Source: Candidatus Bathyarchaeota archaeon
GTDB lineage: Archaea; Thermoproteota; Bathyarchaeia; Bathyarchaeales; Bathycorpusculaceae
DNA length: 64,000 nt
NCBI GenBank assembly: GCA_963782525.1
Contig: CAWAKC010000001.1
Location: 544,001-608,000 of the forward strand
Reading direction: 5' to 3'
Shown here one piece after another: positions 10,309 through 19,905 of this stretch. How positions within the stretch are numbered: the stretch's first letter is position 1; the number at the start of each line of letters is the position of its first letter. A model generated the notes under the pieces. That model saw only the letters and a list, made by a program, of their open reading frames with translations. It was not told where the DNA came from and did no database searches. The translations under genes and the position numbers were made by a program.

Positions 10309-10455
10309 ATGGCTCATTGTCCTAGTTGTGGCAAAATAGTTGAGAAACCCTCAAGCACCCTGAAGAATCAATGCTTTACTATAGAAGCATACAATTGTGG
10401 AAGATGTCACCATAACTTCAAGGTCACAGTCAATAAATCAAGTTATATCATATAA
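10309..10455 (+). CDS. Small 48-aa zinc-ribbon protein (below the ORF-track cut-off)
   Basis: Hand translation: MAHCPSCGKIVEKPSSTLKNQCFTIEAYNCGRCHHNFKVTVNKSSYII*, with two CxxC pairs. Confidence 0.65.
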   Translation: MAHCPSCGKIVEKPSSTLKNQCFTIEAYNCGRCHHNFKVTVNKSSYII

Positions 10456-10548
10456 TTTCTATAGCCCCAAAAAAGTTCTTAATTGTCTTTATAGGCAGAA
10501 TTGAATAGTCTGGACTCAAAATTGAAGGATTGGTCAAATGAAAATTAA

Positions 10549-10950
10549 ATGTCTAAGTTAGAATGCCTATGCAAGAAGATGAGTTTAGCGCAGATACTTT
10601 TGACAGAGAAGGTAGCATCAGGTATGCTATTGGTTCGCCATTATTCTCTTGGTGACAAAGTCTCTCATAAGCCCCAGTTTACTTATTGCAAGATAGACGA
10701 CTTGGATTCTCTGAAAACTTTATTAAAAACTCAGGGTATCTCTCTGAATACTGAAAAGGCAATAAGTGGTCAAATAGGTCAAAGTGAAAGTAAAGAAATA
10801 CATGACCTAATAAAACCTGAAAGGAGCCTTAGTCAGCAAAATACATGCGGCCGTCGTCTAGTCTGGTTTAGGACTTTAGCCTTCCAAGCTAATGATCCCG
10901 GGTTCAAATCCCGGCGACCGCACCATCTCTTACTTTTAAATTTCGGCTAA
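10549..10950 (+). pseudogene. Decayed ORF reading through tRNA-Gly; candidate Int(N) fragment of a split tyrosine integrase
   Basis: The ORF stays open into and through the tRNA. It has a Cys pair and VRHY...KPQFTY, and sits in AT-rich context. Confidence 0.4.
10847..10925 (+). tRNA. tRNA-Gly(TCC), CCA encoded, C5:A68 acceptor mismatch
   Basis: GCGGCCG...TTAGC-CTTCCAA-GCTAA...CCGGG-TTCAAAT-CCCGG-CGACCGC-ACCA. Anticodon at 10883-10885. Confidence 0.93.
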
Positions 10951-11029
10951 GAGAAAATCATTGACTGATTAGTCGAATTGATAGGTAAATGTTATAAAAC
11001 AAACCTATCGCCATAATGTTGCAGGTGAC

Positions 11030-11494
11030 TTGGTGGCTATATCAATCCCCCATAAAGTAATCTATCTGGTCATAGGGTGGGTTTTAATGGTTAGCTACCA
11101 GATTTTTACTCGAACTGCCTTAACCACCGTTGCCTCTTCTTTTGGAAGTTTTGTTCCCTCGATGGCTTCATTTATAAATTCAAACGCAGACACAACAATT
11201 TTCATCTGTTCGTTTGCTTGGATGTTTGTCCTATCAGCCCTTATCTCAATCATCATGTTTGGTAGAGAAAGACGCCTTACCATCCAATTCACAGTAAGCT
11301 TAGCTCTAACCCTTACAGGCTCAGCTTTGCTTGGCCTGATACACATTGCTGGACTAGACTTATCAAACCCAACGGTGCTATCACGACCCTTCACTTTATT
11401 ATTCGACAACGTGTTTTTCGCATTTTTCTACCTATCGCTCCCATTCATCTTCATGGTGGCGGTGGATTTGGGGTTAATGAAAATAAAAAAATAG
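11030..11494 (+). CDS. Hypothetical 4-TM membrane protein
   Basis: Four hydrophobic segments. A TATA-like ttataaaa lies upstream. Confidence 0.7.
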   Translation: MVAISIPHKVIYLVIGWVLMVSYQIFTRTALTTVASSFGSFVPSMASFINSNADTTIFICSFAWMFVLSALISIIMFGRERRLTIQFTVSLALTLTGSALLGLIHIAGLDLSNPTVLSRPFTLLFDNVFFAFFYLSLPFIFMVAVDLGLMKIKK

Positions 11495-11576
11495 CCAAAA
11501 CCAAAAATAAGAGTATAAGATCAGCGAAAAGGTGAAAAGCAACGTACACTCAATTAGAAGTAAGATTAGGTGAACT

Positions 11577-11780
11577 TTGAAAATGAGCGATGTAAATATG
11601 GCAACCATACAGTTATGTGGCGATAAACAAAACTTTATCCTTGACAAAAAAGACTTCAAAACAGGCAGTAAAGGCTATTATGGAACAGGCAAGATGGTCG
11701 CTGGTGGAAAAAGATACCAGATAGGCATTCAAGTTGTCGAAATCGGTTCTAAACCTAAAGAGAAAGAAGAAAAGAAATAG
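11577..11780 (+). CDS. Small basic hypothetical protein
   Basis: KKDFKTGSKGYYGTGK...GKRYQ...VEIGSK. An SD-like aggtga lies upstream. Confidence 0.7.
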   Translation: MKMSDVNMATIQLCGDKQNFILDKKDFKTGSKGYYGTGKMVAGGKRYQIGIQVVEIGSKPKEKEEKK

Positions 11781-11811
11781 GATTAATCTAATTTTTTATC
11801 CGTTTTTTTGT

Positions 11812-12297
11812 TTACGGGACAATTGACGCACTGATTATGGTTACGCTTGTACGTGGTTTGTCATTTGAGCCGGTTGGAACTTTGGCGATTTTGTCTACGA
11901 CATCCATTCCCGAGATGACTTTGCCGAACGCTGGGTGCTTGCTGTCCAAGAAGTTGTTGTTGACTTGGTTGATGAAGAATTGACTGCTTCCCGTGTTTGG
12001 ACCTGCATTCGCCATTGATATTGTGCCTCGGTCGTTGCGGTTAGTTCTTGTGAATTCGTCCTTAATCTCGGGAATTGAAGGGTCGCCGTATCCTGTTCCA
12101 GTTGGGTCACCGCCCTGAATCATAAAGCCAGGGATGACACGGTGAAAGATGGTGCCGTTGAAGGTTCCCTTTTGGACGAGGTTTTTGAAGTTGCCGGTCG
12201 TGATTGGCATGTCATTTCTTAGAGCGATGATGATGTCGCCCATGCTTGTGTGTAGTAGAACTTTAGTTTCAGGTTGATTTGTTGATTGTCCTGACAT
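11812..12297 (-). CDS. Cyclophilin-type peptidyl-prolyl isomerase (cytoplasmic)
   Basis: FHRVIPGFMIQGGDP, SMANAGPNTGSSQFFIN and HPAFGKV. Confidence 0.95.
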   Translation of the reverse strand: MSGQSTNQPETKVLLHTSMGDIIIALRNDMPITTGNFKNLVQKGTFNGTIFHRVIPGFMIQGGDPTGTGYGDPSIPEIKDEFTRTNRNDRGTISMANAGPNTGSSQFFINQVNNNFLDSKHPAFGKVISGMDVVDKIAKVPTGSNDKPRTSVTIISASIVP

Positions 12298-12482
12298 AAT
12301 GTAATCTCAGAAATAGATTTGTATGAAACCTAATATGCCTATTGCACATCGCAGTCGGATTGCGATTTGTACTTAGTTTTATTTTTGTTCTCAAAAAGTA
12401 GCCAAATCAGCTGCTGAGAAAAAAAGGTCACCCGAAGTTTTAATTTAACAAAAAATTTTAAAGAAAAATAAGAGAATTATAG

Positions 12483-13214
12483 TTAAGGTATGATAGTTGC
12501 TTTTAGCACTGTTACTGGATTTATCGGTGTGCTGTTTGCTTCATAGGCATTCGAGGTCACTGGTGCGTTAGCTATTGCGTCAACTACGCTCTGTCCCGCG
12601 ATTACTTTTCCAAAGACTGCATAGGTTGAATCGAAAGTAGGGCCACTATTCACTCCGTTATTTGCGACGTTTATGAAGAATTGGCTTGTTGCCGAGTTTG
12701 GATCACTGGTTTTAGCCATAGCTATAGTGTAGGGTAAGTTGTGGTTGTTGTTTCCTATTTCGTCGGGAATCGTTGCAACGTTGGCGCTACTGTTTTGTCC
12801 GCCTTGAATCATAAAGCCTGCAATGACACGGTGGAATATTGTGCCATCATATATTCCCTTATTCACGAGGTTAACGAAGTTGGTTGTAGTGATTGGTTTA
12901 TCATTCCGCATTTCAAGGGTTATGTTTCCAACACTGGTTTGTAACAAAACTTTTGTTCCGCCCACGTACAATGGATCTGTTTCAGATGTTGGTGGCGATG
13001 TAACAGAACTCGTTGGCGCAGGTGTTGTTGTACCCGTGAAAGTTGTAGGCGCTGGCGTAGATGAAGGCGATACTTTTGCGGGTTGACCAGATTGCCCTAA
13101 CGCGATGTATGCCCCGACACCGATGAGGATGATAGCGATTATCCCGATTGCAAAGAACAGAGATTTGTTGGATTTGCGTTTTGATTTGTTATTTTTATTG
13201 GGAGCCATGTCCAT
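12483..13214 (-). CDS. Membrane-anchored cyclophilin-type PPIase
   Basis: Basic N-terminus plus TM, S/T/P linker, FHRVIAGFMIQGG, SQFFIN and YAVFGKV. Confidence 0.9.
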   Translation of the reverse strand: MDMAPNKNNKSKRKSNKSLFFAIGIIAIILIGVGAYIALGQSGQPAKVSPSSTPAPTTFTGTTTPAPTSSVTSPPTSETDPLYVGGTKVLLQTSVGNITLEMRNDKPITTTNFVNLVNKGIYDGTIFHRVIAGFMIQGGQNSSANVATIPDEIGNNNHNLPYTIAMAKTSDPNSATSQFFINVANNGVNSGPTFDSTYAVFGKVIAGQSVVDAIANAPVTSNAYEANSTPINPVTVLKATIIP

Positions 13215-13392
13215 GTAGTCAACGGCTTTTCATATAAGATTTTTCCCAATTTCACAAAAACAGGTGTTTTGTTGGCTTGAGCAGTTCTTAGTTGAATTCA
13301 GTTTTTGCCTCACCGAATCAGACCTGATTTTTTAACATAAATTAGAAATAATCGTATTGTCTGATATGGTTTAGTTTAGAGGCTAATGTGAC

Positions 13393-14940
13393 ATGACTGA
13401 TGTTGTGTTTGTCTTTGAGGTTCACCAGCCGCACAGGTTAAGGCGTAACCTGTTTTGGGAAGGCAAAGTTTTCAGGCGTTTATCAAAAAATGAGTTGTTT
13501 GACTATTACTTCGATACCGAGGTTGATAGAGAAATCTTCAAGCGTGCAGCCCGCAAATGCTATTTTCCCTCAAACCAAATCATCCTTGACGTAATAGACA
13601 GACACAAACACGACCACAAACAAGCCAAATTCTCATTCAGCGTTTCAGGAGTTTTTCTTGAACAATGTGAGATGTTTGACAAGGACCTGCTTGAAAGTTT
13701 TAGGCAACTCGCAGCAACCGGATGCGTGGAGTTGCTTGACCAAACCTACTATCACTCAATCGCCAGCCTCTACCCCGAAAAAGAAGAATTCATAGCGCAA
13801 GTTGCAATGCACAAACAAATCATCAAAGATTTGCTTGGTTACACGCCCCGTATTTTTGAGAACACCGAGTTGCTCTATAACAACACCATCGCCAAAACAG
13901 TCGAGGAAATGGGTTACAAGGGCATCTACACAGAAGGCGTAGAGAAGATTCTTGGAGAAAAATCACCCAACTACATTTACACTCCAAAAGGCGCGAAGAA
14001 AATCCGTGTTCTGCTCCGCAACTACAAGTTAACCGATGACATAGGTTTTAGGTTTTCAGCAAGGTGGTGGCCCGAGTGGCCCCTAACAGCCGACAAGTAT
14101 GCACGATGGCTAGCTGAAACCCAGGGCGAATGCATCAACATTTTCCCTGACTACGAAACCTTCGGCGAGCATCATTGGCCCGAAACCGGCATACACAGTT
14201 TCCTACAGCACATGCCAGATGAGATTTTGAAATATGACCAACTTAAGATGGCCACGCCTACTGAAGTGGTTGATAAGCATGCTTCGGCGGGAGAAGTTGA
14301 CGTTCCTGAAGCCGAGGGCACGGTTTCTTGGGCAGACATAAAACGCGACCAGTCTGGGTGGCTTGGCAACGTTATGCAATGGGCATACTACACGACCCTG
14401 CGCAAGCTGGAACCGTTCATCAAAGAAGCCGACGACGGCACGTTTCTTAAGTTGTGGCGGGACTTCCAAACAAGTGACCACCTATACTATATGTTCACAG
14501 CGGGCGGGGGACCAGGAGAAGTTCACTCATACTTTAGCCCCTACGAATCGCCAATGGATGCATTCGTCGCTGCACAAACGCTGCTCAACGATTTTGAAGC
14601 CCGATTGAGAATGTTTATCTTAACCGCCAACGAGCCCTTCCTATTTTACACGGGTATCGGAAAAGAGTTTTACACGGGGGAGATGGCTTGGGGTCTGAAA
14701 GGCTTTGTGAAAGCGCTCCAAGAAGTAAATGTAAAAGCCATCGAGTTCCATGTGGGCAATGGAGACTTTGAAAGCTGGGCAAAAAGTTCGCTTAAAGACC
14801 AGAAACTTGCGGCAAAACTAAAGGAAATCGCTGTTTCTGAACAAAAAGGTGAAAAATTGAGAAAAGCCCTAGTTGACATAGCAAAAAAGCGGTATATTGC
14901 CCAAAGCAAGGAGTTAAAGGATGCAACCCAGCTCTTCTAA
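13393..14940 (+). CDS. GH57 alpha-amylase family protein with C-terminal DUF5752-like domain
   Basis: FEVHQP, QTYYHS, ENTELLY, DYETFGEH, SWAD and TSDHLYYM. C-terminal PFLFYTG...IEFHVGNGDFESW. Confidence 0.9.
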   Translation: MTDVVFVFEVHQPHRLRRNLFWEGKVFRRLSKNELFDYYFDTEVDREIFKRAARKCYFPSNQIILDVIDRHKHDHKQAKFSFSVSGVFLEQCEMFDKDLLESFRQLAATGCVELLDQTYYHSIASLYPEKEEFIAQVAMHKQIIKDLLGYTPRIFENTELLYNNTIAKTVEEMGYKGIYTEGVEKILGEKSPNYIYTPKGAKKIRVLLRNYKLTDDIGFRFSARWWPEWPLTADKYARWLAETQGECINIFPDYETFGEHHWPETGIHSFLQHMPDEILKYDQLKMATPTEVVDKHASAGEVDVPEAEGTVSWADIKRDQSGWLGNVMQWAYYTTLRKLEPFIKEADDGTFLKLWRDFQTSDHLYYMFTAGGGPGEVHSYFSPYESPMDAFVAAQTLLNDFEARLRMFILTANEPFLFYTGIGKEFYTGEMAWGLKGFVKALQEVNVKAIEFHVGNGDFESWAKSSLKDQKLAAKLKEIAVSEQKGEKLRKALVDIAKKRYIAQSKELKDATQLF

Positions 14941-15007
14941 GAAAACCTGTCTCGTATGCGTTTATAAGATAAGTCGCTGTACAATTGTTTAGCAGGGTGC
15001 AATTAAA

Positions 15008-15259
15008 ATGAGAGAAGAGCTTCCGTTTCCCGATAAAGTCTTGCAGACACTGCATAATCTGTGCGCAACCGCTGCCGATTTAGCTAGGCGAGGCGAAGAA
15101 GTCGCACGACTTTTGCAGAAAGACCCGAGCGAAATCGAGGGCATTTTAGACAAATACAAATCTGAGGGTTTCGCTGAAAGCTTCTACGATAACGAGGGTA
15201 AGAAAAGGTACTATCTAAATGGACGAGGAATAATTAAGGTCTGTTCGCTCTTCACATAG
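15008..15259 (+). CDS. Small winged-helix protein
   Basis: HTH-like EEVARLLQKDPSEIEGIL followed by a wing KKRYYLNGRG. Confidence 0.65.
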   Translation: MREELPFPDKVLQTLHNLCATAADLARRGEEVARLLQKDPSEIEGILDKYKSEGFAESFYDNEGKKRYYLNGRGIIKVCSLFT

Positions 15260-15900
15260 TGGAAACATCTATGCGTGTCATCATTTTTTCTTGGGAGTAT
15301 CCGCCTAGAGTAGTAGGTCAACTCTCAGGTTACGTTAGCGCCCTGTCAACTCAGCTTGCCAAAGACAAAGTTGACGTTAACGTTGTAACTTACGATGATT
15401 CTGCAACAGGGCGAACACTTGAGCCCAGCGGCGTAAAAGCGTATAGGGTAGCTAATCCCGTGCGCAATCACATCGGCGTTTTAACATGGGTCTTAACGCT
15501 CAACCAAGAAGTTGAACGAGTCGCCGCAGACATCTACTACGAATCAAATAAACAGGTGGACCTCATAGACGTCCATGATTGGCATTTTATTCCAGCTGCC
15601 GTAACTCTCAAGAACGGTCTGGGCATTCCTTTTGTTTACTCAGTTGAAAGCCTCGAAGACCATCGTTCTCCAAACGCTAACGCTTCCTACAACATGGCGA
15701 TTAAAAGTATAGAGTGGCTGGGTTTCTTTGAAGCTGCAGCAGTAGTCGTGAAGTCTGAATGGATGAAGGATGAAGTTGAGCGAATTTACAAGGTTCCAAA
15801 AGAAAAAATCACAGTTGTTCCAATAGACCTCAATTCTTTAGTGACAGATGTTCTAATATTGTTCGGCAAAGTGGCGGAGGCAAAAAAGAATGAAAGATAA
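15259..15900 (+). CDS. GT4 glycosyltransferase N-terminal domain only
   Basis: SWEYPPRVVG and DVHDW, paralogous to the next gene, but it stops before the C-terminal EPFG..E domain. Confidence 0.75.
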   Translation: METSMRVIIFSWEYPPRVVGQLSGYVSALSTQLAKDKVDVNVVTYDDSATGRTLEPSGVKAYRVANPVRNHIGVLTWVLTLNQEVERVAADIYYESNKQVDLIDVHDWHFIPAAVTLKNGLGIPFVYSVESLEDHRSPNANASYNMAIKSIEWLGFFEAAAVVVKSEWMKDEVERIYKVPKEKITVVPIDLNSLVTDVLILFGKVAEAKKNER

Positions 15901-17107
15901 ATTAACCGTCATGATGCTAAGCTGGGAGTATCCTCCAAGAGTCATTGGAGGCATATCCCCACACATCTACTTCTTATCGAAATACTTGGCTAAACAAAAC
16001 GTAAAAGTCTATGTGGTAACCTGCGATTTTCCAGGTGCCCCCGCCCACGAAGTAATCGACGACGTGGAAGTCTACCGGATAGACTCGTATAAGAACCCCT
16101 CACCCGACTTTGCCACTTGGGTTTACTTGATGAACATGAACATGCAGAAAGAAACCGCTTCCCTAACAAAAAAAATCGCGGATAAAATCGATGTTTTCCA
16201 CGCGCATGATTGGCTTGTGGCAAATGCAGGCATCGGCTTGAAGCATGTTTTCAGAAAACCCCTGTTAGTAACCATGCACTCAACTGAGATGGGCAGAAGA
16301 GATGGGTTACATACCACAGCCGAAAAAATGATCCATGAAACCGAAGCATGGCTCACCTACGAAGCATGGAAAGTAATTTGCTGCAGCGACTATATGATTT
16401 CCCACGTAAAATACACTTTTGGTTTGCCAAGCGACAAATTAGTGATGGTTCCAAACGGCGTAAACATTCAGAACTACGTTGGCGATGAAGACTTAAGCCA
16501 ATTCCGAAGCAAATTTGCCCTGCCCGAAGAAAAAATCGTTCTCTTCGTCGGACGCTTAGTTTACGAAAAAGGCATCCACGTCCTAATCAACGCTGTACCC
16601 AAGGTCCTCAGCAAAACAAACGCTAAATTCATAATCGTGGGCAGCGGCTACATGAAAGAGCAACTTCTAAACATCGTGCGCAGCATGGGTTTAGAGCATA
16701 AAGTGCTCTTTGAAGGCTTCCTAGATGAACCAACATTGCTTAAACTACAGAGGGTGGCTGATGTGTCTGTTGTGCCGTCACTTTTTGAACCCTTCGGCAT
16801 CGTTGCGTTGGAAGCTATGGCTGCAAGAAGCCCTGTTGTGGTATCTGACACCGGCGGCTTATCAGAAATTGTTGAACACGATGTCACGGGCGTTAAGGTT
16901 TACCCAAACAACCCTGATTCGTTAGCTTGGGGGATATCCAAAATTCTGCTTGACCCAAACTTCGCCAAATACGTCCGAGATAATGCGTATCGGCGGGTTC
17001 AGGAAAAGTACGACTGGGAAAAAATCGCCCAGCAAACCAAACATATCTACGAGGGCGTTTTAGGCGAATACTCCAAAAGTTTCTGGGCAAATAGCCTGAA
17101 ACCTTGA
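15890..17107 (+). CDS. GT4 glycosyltransferase (glycogen synthase-like)
   Basis: SWEYPPRVIGG, HAHDW, VGRLVYEKG and PSLFEPFGIVALEAMA. Confidence 0.92.
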   Translation: MKDKLTVMMLSWEYPPRVIGGISPHIYFLSKYLAKQNVKVYVVTCDFPGAPAHEVIDDVEVYRIDSYKNPSPDFATWVYLMNMNMQKETASLTKKIADKIDVFHAHDWLVANAGIGLKHVFRKPLLVTMHSTEMGRRDGLHTTAEKMIHETEAWLTYEAWKVICCSDYMISHVKYTFGLPSDKLVMVPNGVNIQNYVGDEDLSQFRSKFALPEEKIVLFVGRLVYEKGIHVLINAVPKVLSKTNAKFIIVGSGYMKEQLLNIVRSMGLEHKVLFEGFLDEPTLLKLQRVADVSVVPSLFEPFGIVALEAMAARSPVVVSDTGGLSEIVEHDVTGVKVYPNNPDSLAWGISKILLDPNFAKYVRDNAYRRVQEKYDWEKIAQQTKHIYEGVLGEYSKSFWANSLKP

Positions 17108-17108
17108 G

Positions 17109-18467
17109 TTATTGCCCAATTACCCTAACGTTTTCCACTTGAATCCAAGGCGAAATCAACTGTCCAATTTGCCGTTCGTTGCCGCCGATTACGCTGATGT
17201 TTTTGAGCAGTTCAAACACGTTGCCGGCAAGCATCACGCCACGGGAGCAATGGGTGATTTTTCCATCTTTGATTTTCCAGGCTGGCGTCGCTACAACGGA
17301 GAATTCGCCGCTGACGGGGTTGCTGCTGTGGGCGCCCTGTAGGTAGTAAACGATTAAGCCGTCTTCCACTTCGCTTATCATTTCCTCAGAGGTTTTGGTT
17401 CCTGGCAGGATATGGAAGTTTGTGGTGTCGATACCCGGCGTTGAGAGGTATCCTGCTCTTGAAGCGTTGCCGGTGCTTTCTTTGCCTTCCCTTCGGGCTG
17501 TATAGTTATCGTAGAGGAAGTTGCGCAGGATTCCTTTTTCTATAACTGGTGTTTTCTGATGCGGCGAGCCTTCTGCATCGAAGCTTCCCGTGTGTAATCC
17601 ACCTGCAAATAAGCCATCGTCGAAGATTGAGAGGCTTTCTGAGGCGACTTTTTCTCCGATTTTGCCCTTAAACGGCGATTGCCCCCTTTGAACGCTGTCG
17701 GCTCTTATGGCGTTGATTAGGGTGTAAGATAGAAGGTCTTGTAGTGCAAATTGTGTGAGGATTACTTTTCCCAATTTGGTTTCCACGGATTTGGTTTTTA
17801 GGGCTGAAAGCGCCATTTTGGCAGCTTCTTTTCCCACCCATGCAGGGTCAAGTTTGTAGTTCCTTGCAGCATTAAACTCAAAGCATACTGGTGTAACGGT
17901 GTTGCCTTCTTTTGCCAGCGTTGCTACACTGCATTCAATCACGGTTCCTTTGTCGAAGGCTGTTATGCCGTTTGAGTTGGCAATGGCGTTAGAAAGATAA
18001 GCGCTGCCTACGCCGCCTTCGATGGGGAAAACTCGTTTATCTACTTGACTTGCGGCGTCCAGCATGGTTACGGCGATTTGTACGAGGTCTTCTGATGTGA
18101 GGTCGACGATTTTTTGGTCAAACGTCTTTTCGGTTGTAGAGTATGGTTTCTTCTCTGGCAGTCCTTTCCAGTCTGGGTCGGGTTTACTTGCTCTAGCTGC
18201 ACTCAAGGCGCTAACTACAGCGCTCTCAACTGCTTTGGAGTCCTCTACGATGTTTGTGTAGGCAAACCCTATGGCTTTGTTGGCAGCTACTCTTATGCCG
18301 AGGCCGCGGTCGATTATGCGGTTGGTCTTGCTGATTTGTCCCAGTTCAATGCCGATGTTGGAGGCTTGCCCCTCGTAAACGTAGGCTTCTGCATCTTGGG
18401 CACCTTTGTTGAGAGCGGCTTTTACGGCGTTCTCAGCTAAACTAATCATTAGGTTTTTTTCAAGCAC
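17109..18467 (-). CDS. tldE: TldE/PmbA family protein
   Basis: FDAEG, STGNASR and SGEFS, with no HExxxH. GTG start overlaps the tldD stop. Confidence 0.88.
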   Translation of the reverse strand: MLEKNLMISLAENAVKAALNKGAQDAEAYVYEGQASNIGIELGQISKTNRIIDRGLGIRVAANKAIGFAYTNIVEDSKAVESAVVSALSAARASKPDPDWKGLPEKKPYSTTEKTFDQKIVDLTSEDLVQIAVTMLDAASQVDKRVFPIEGGVGSAYLSNAIANSNGITAFDKGTVIECSVATLAKEGNTVTPVCFEFNAARNYKLDPAWVGKEAAKMALSALKTKSVETKLGKVILTQFALQDLLSYTLINAIRADSVQRGQSPFKGKIGEKVASESLSIFDDGLFAGGLHTGSFDAEGSPHQKTPVIEKGILRNFLYDNYTARREGKESTGNASRAGYLSTPGIDTTNFHILPGTKTSEEMISEVEDGLIVYYLQGAHSSNPVSGEFSVVATPAWKIKDGKITHCSRGVMLAGNVFELLKNISVIGGNERQIGQLISPWIQVENVRVIGQ

Positions 18468-19845
18468 TGCCACCGACAACCACCTCACTTAATCTAATGT
18501 GCGGTCCACCATCACTAATAAAAGCTGTCTGACCCTTCCCGCATCGCCCAGGATCCAACATGAAATCTTTTCCCACACCATTCACTTTGTGCAGTGTTTC
18601 TAGAGTGTTGCCGCTAATCGATGCGTTGCGGACTGCGCCGCTTAATTCGCCGTTCACGATTTCGTAGCCTTCCTGGATGCCAACTTGGAAAGTACCATCA
18701 AGGTTTGCTTGTCCACCCCTAAAACTCTTAAAATAATAACCCGACTTAACACCCTCAATTAATTCTTCGACGGTTTGGTCTCTTGGTGCCATGTATGTGC
18801 ATCGCATTCGGATGATTGGTTCTACGCGGAAGTCTTCTGCCCTAGCGTTCCCGGTGGGTTCGGCATTGAATTTTTGTGCGGTCTCCCGGTTATGCATCAG
18901 ACCCTTTACAACGCCATCTTCAATTAGCAATGTTTTGTGGCTTGCAACTCCTTCGTCGTCGTACTTGAATGCGCCAAACGCTTCGGGGATGGTGCCGTCA
19001 TCGTAGAACGTTACCAAGTTTGACCCTATCTTCTTTCCTAAATTGTCCGCTAGCACACCTCCTGAGAGCGCCAAATCTGCCTCTGCCAGGTGCCCAAACG
19101 CCTCATGTACAAACACACCAACTACGTTAGGACCCAAAACTACAGGGAACTTGCCGCCTTTTGGAGATTTAGCGGTTAACTGTTCAACCGCGAGTTTCGC
19201 AACTTTCTCACCTAAGGTCTCGGGCGCCTGTTCGTCGAAGAGCTCGTAGCCTGCTGTAGAGCCTATTTCTTCGCGGCTAAACGTGAACACACCTTTATCC
19301 TGCGCCGAAGCAGTTGTCCGAGCCCAAACGTACAGCTTATCCTGCTCTATGCTGGTGCCGTCGCTGTTCACAAAAAAACTCGAACCCGTTAAATCAAAGT
19401 AGTCGATAGTGCAGCTTTTGATTTTCTTGTTAAATTCTAAACTTACCTTATTCACTGCCAAAGCCGTTTTGATTTTATCTTCCATTTGGATGTCGGCTGG
19501 GTTCTTTTTTGGTTTAGAAAGCACATGGTCTTCTACGACTTTTACGTCGGCAAGTTTAATGGGCGTTTTCAGCCGTTCACTCGCCAACTTCGCCATACGA
19601 CAAGCATCCGAAACCGCGTCTTCCAAAATCGCACCATCAAAGGAACCTACTGAAGCAAAACCCCATGCACCATTCACCAGCACACGGATGGCTACGCCGT
19701 TTTCGATGCCCTGTTTGGCAGCTTCTACACGTTCCTCTTTTAGGGTCAAGGCTGTTTTGTAGAGTTTTTGACCTCTGGCTTCTGCGTATTGGGCACCGAA
19801 CTTTTGGGTGGCGGTGTTGTTAATTTTTGTTAGAAGGTCTTTCAA
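18460..19845 (-). CDS. tldD: TldD metalloprotease
   Basis: [22 protein letters not shown] and CGKGQ...GGPH. Confidence 0.93.
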   Translation of the reverse strand: MKDLLTKINNTATQKFGAQYAEARGQKLYKTALTLKEERVEAAKQGIENGVAIRVLVNGAWGFASVGSFDGAILEDAVSDACRMAKLASERLKTPIKLADVKVVEDHVLSKPKKNPADIQMEDKIKTALAVNKVSLEFNKKIKSCTIDYFDLTGSSFFVNSDGTSIEQDKLYVWARTTASAQDKGVFTFSREEIGSTAGYELFDEQAPETLGEKVAKLAVEQLTAKSPKGGKFPVVLGPNVVGVFVHEAFGHLAEADLALSGGVLADNLGKKIGSNLVTFYDDGTIPEAFGAFKYDDEGVASHKTLLIEDGVVKGLMHNRETAQKFNAEPTGNARAEDFRVEPIIRMRCTYMAPRDQTVEELIEGVKSGYYFKSFRGGQANLDGTFQVGIQEGYEIVNGELSGAVRNASISGNTLETLHKVNGVGKDFMLDPGRCGKGQTAFISDGGPHIRLSEVVVGGSA

Positions 19846-19905
19846 GAGTAAACGTCCTTTCCAAAACTAGATTTGTTTGTAGGAATTAAACGATTTGTTT
19901 TGGTT

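Noticed and set aside
17109-19845. TldD/TldE as a RiPP maturation cluster
   Set aside because: No precursor peptide, YcaO or modifying enzyme is adjacent. The pair is common in archaea.
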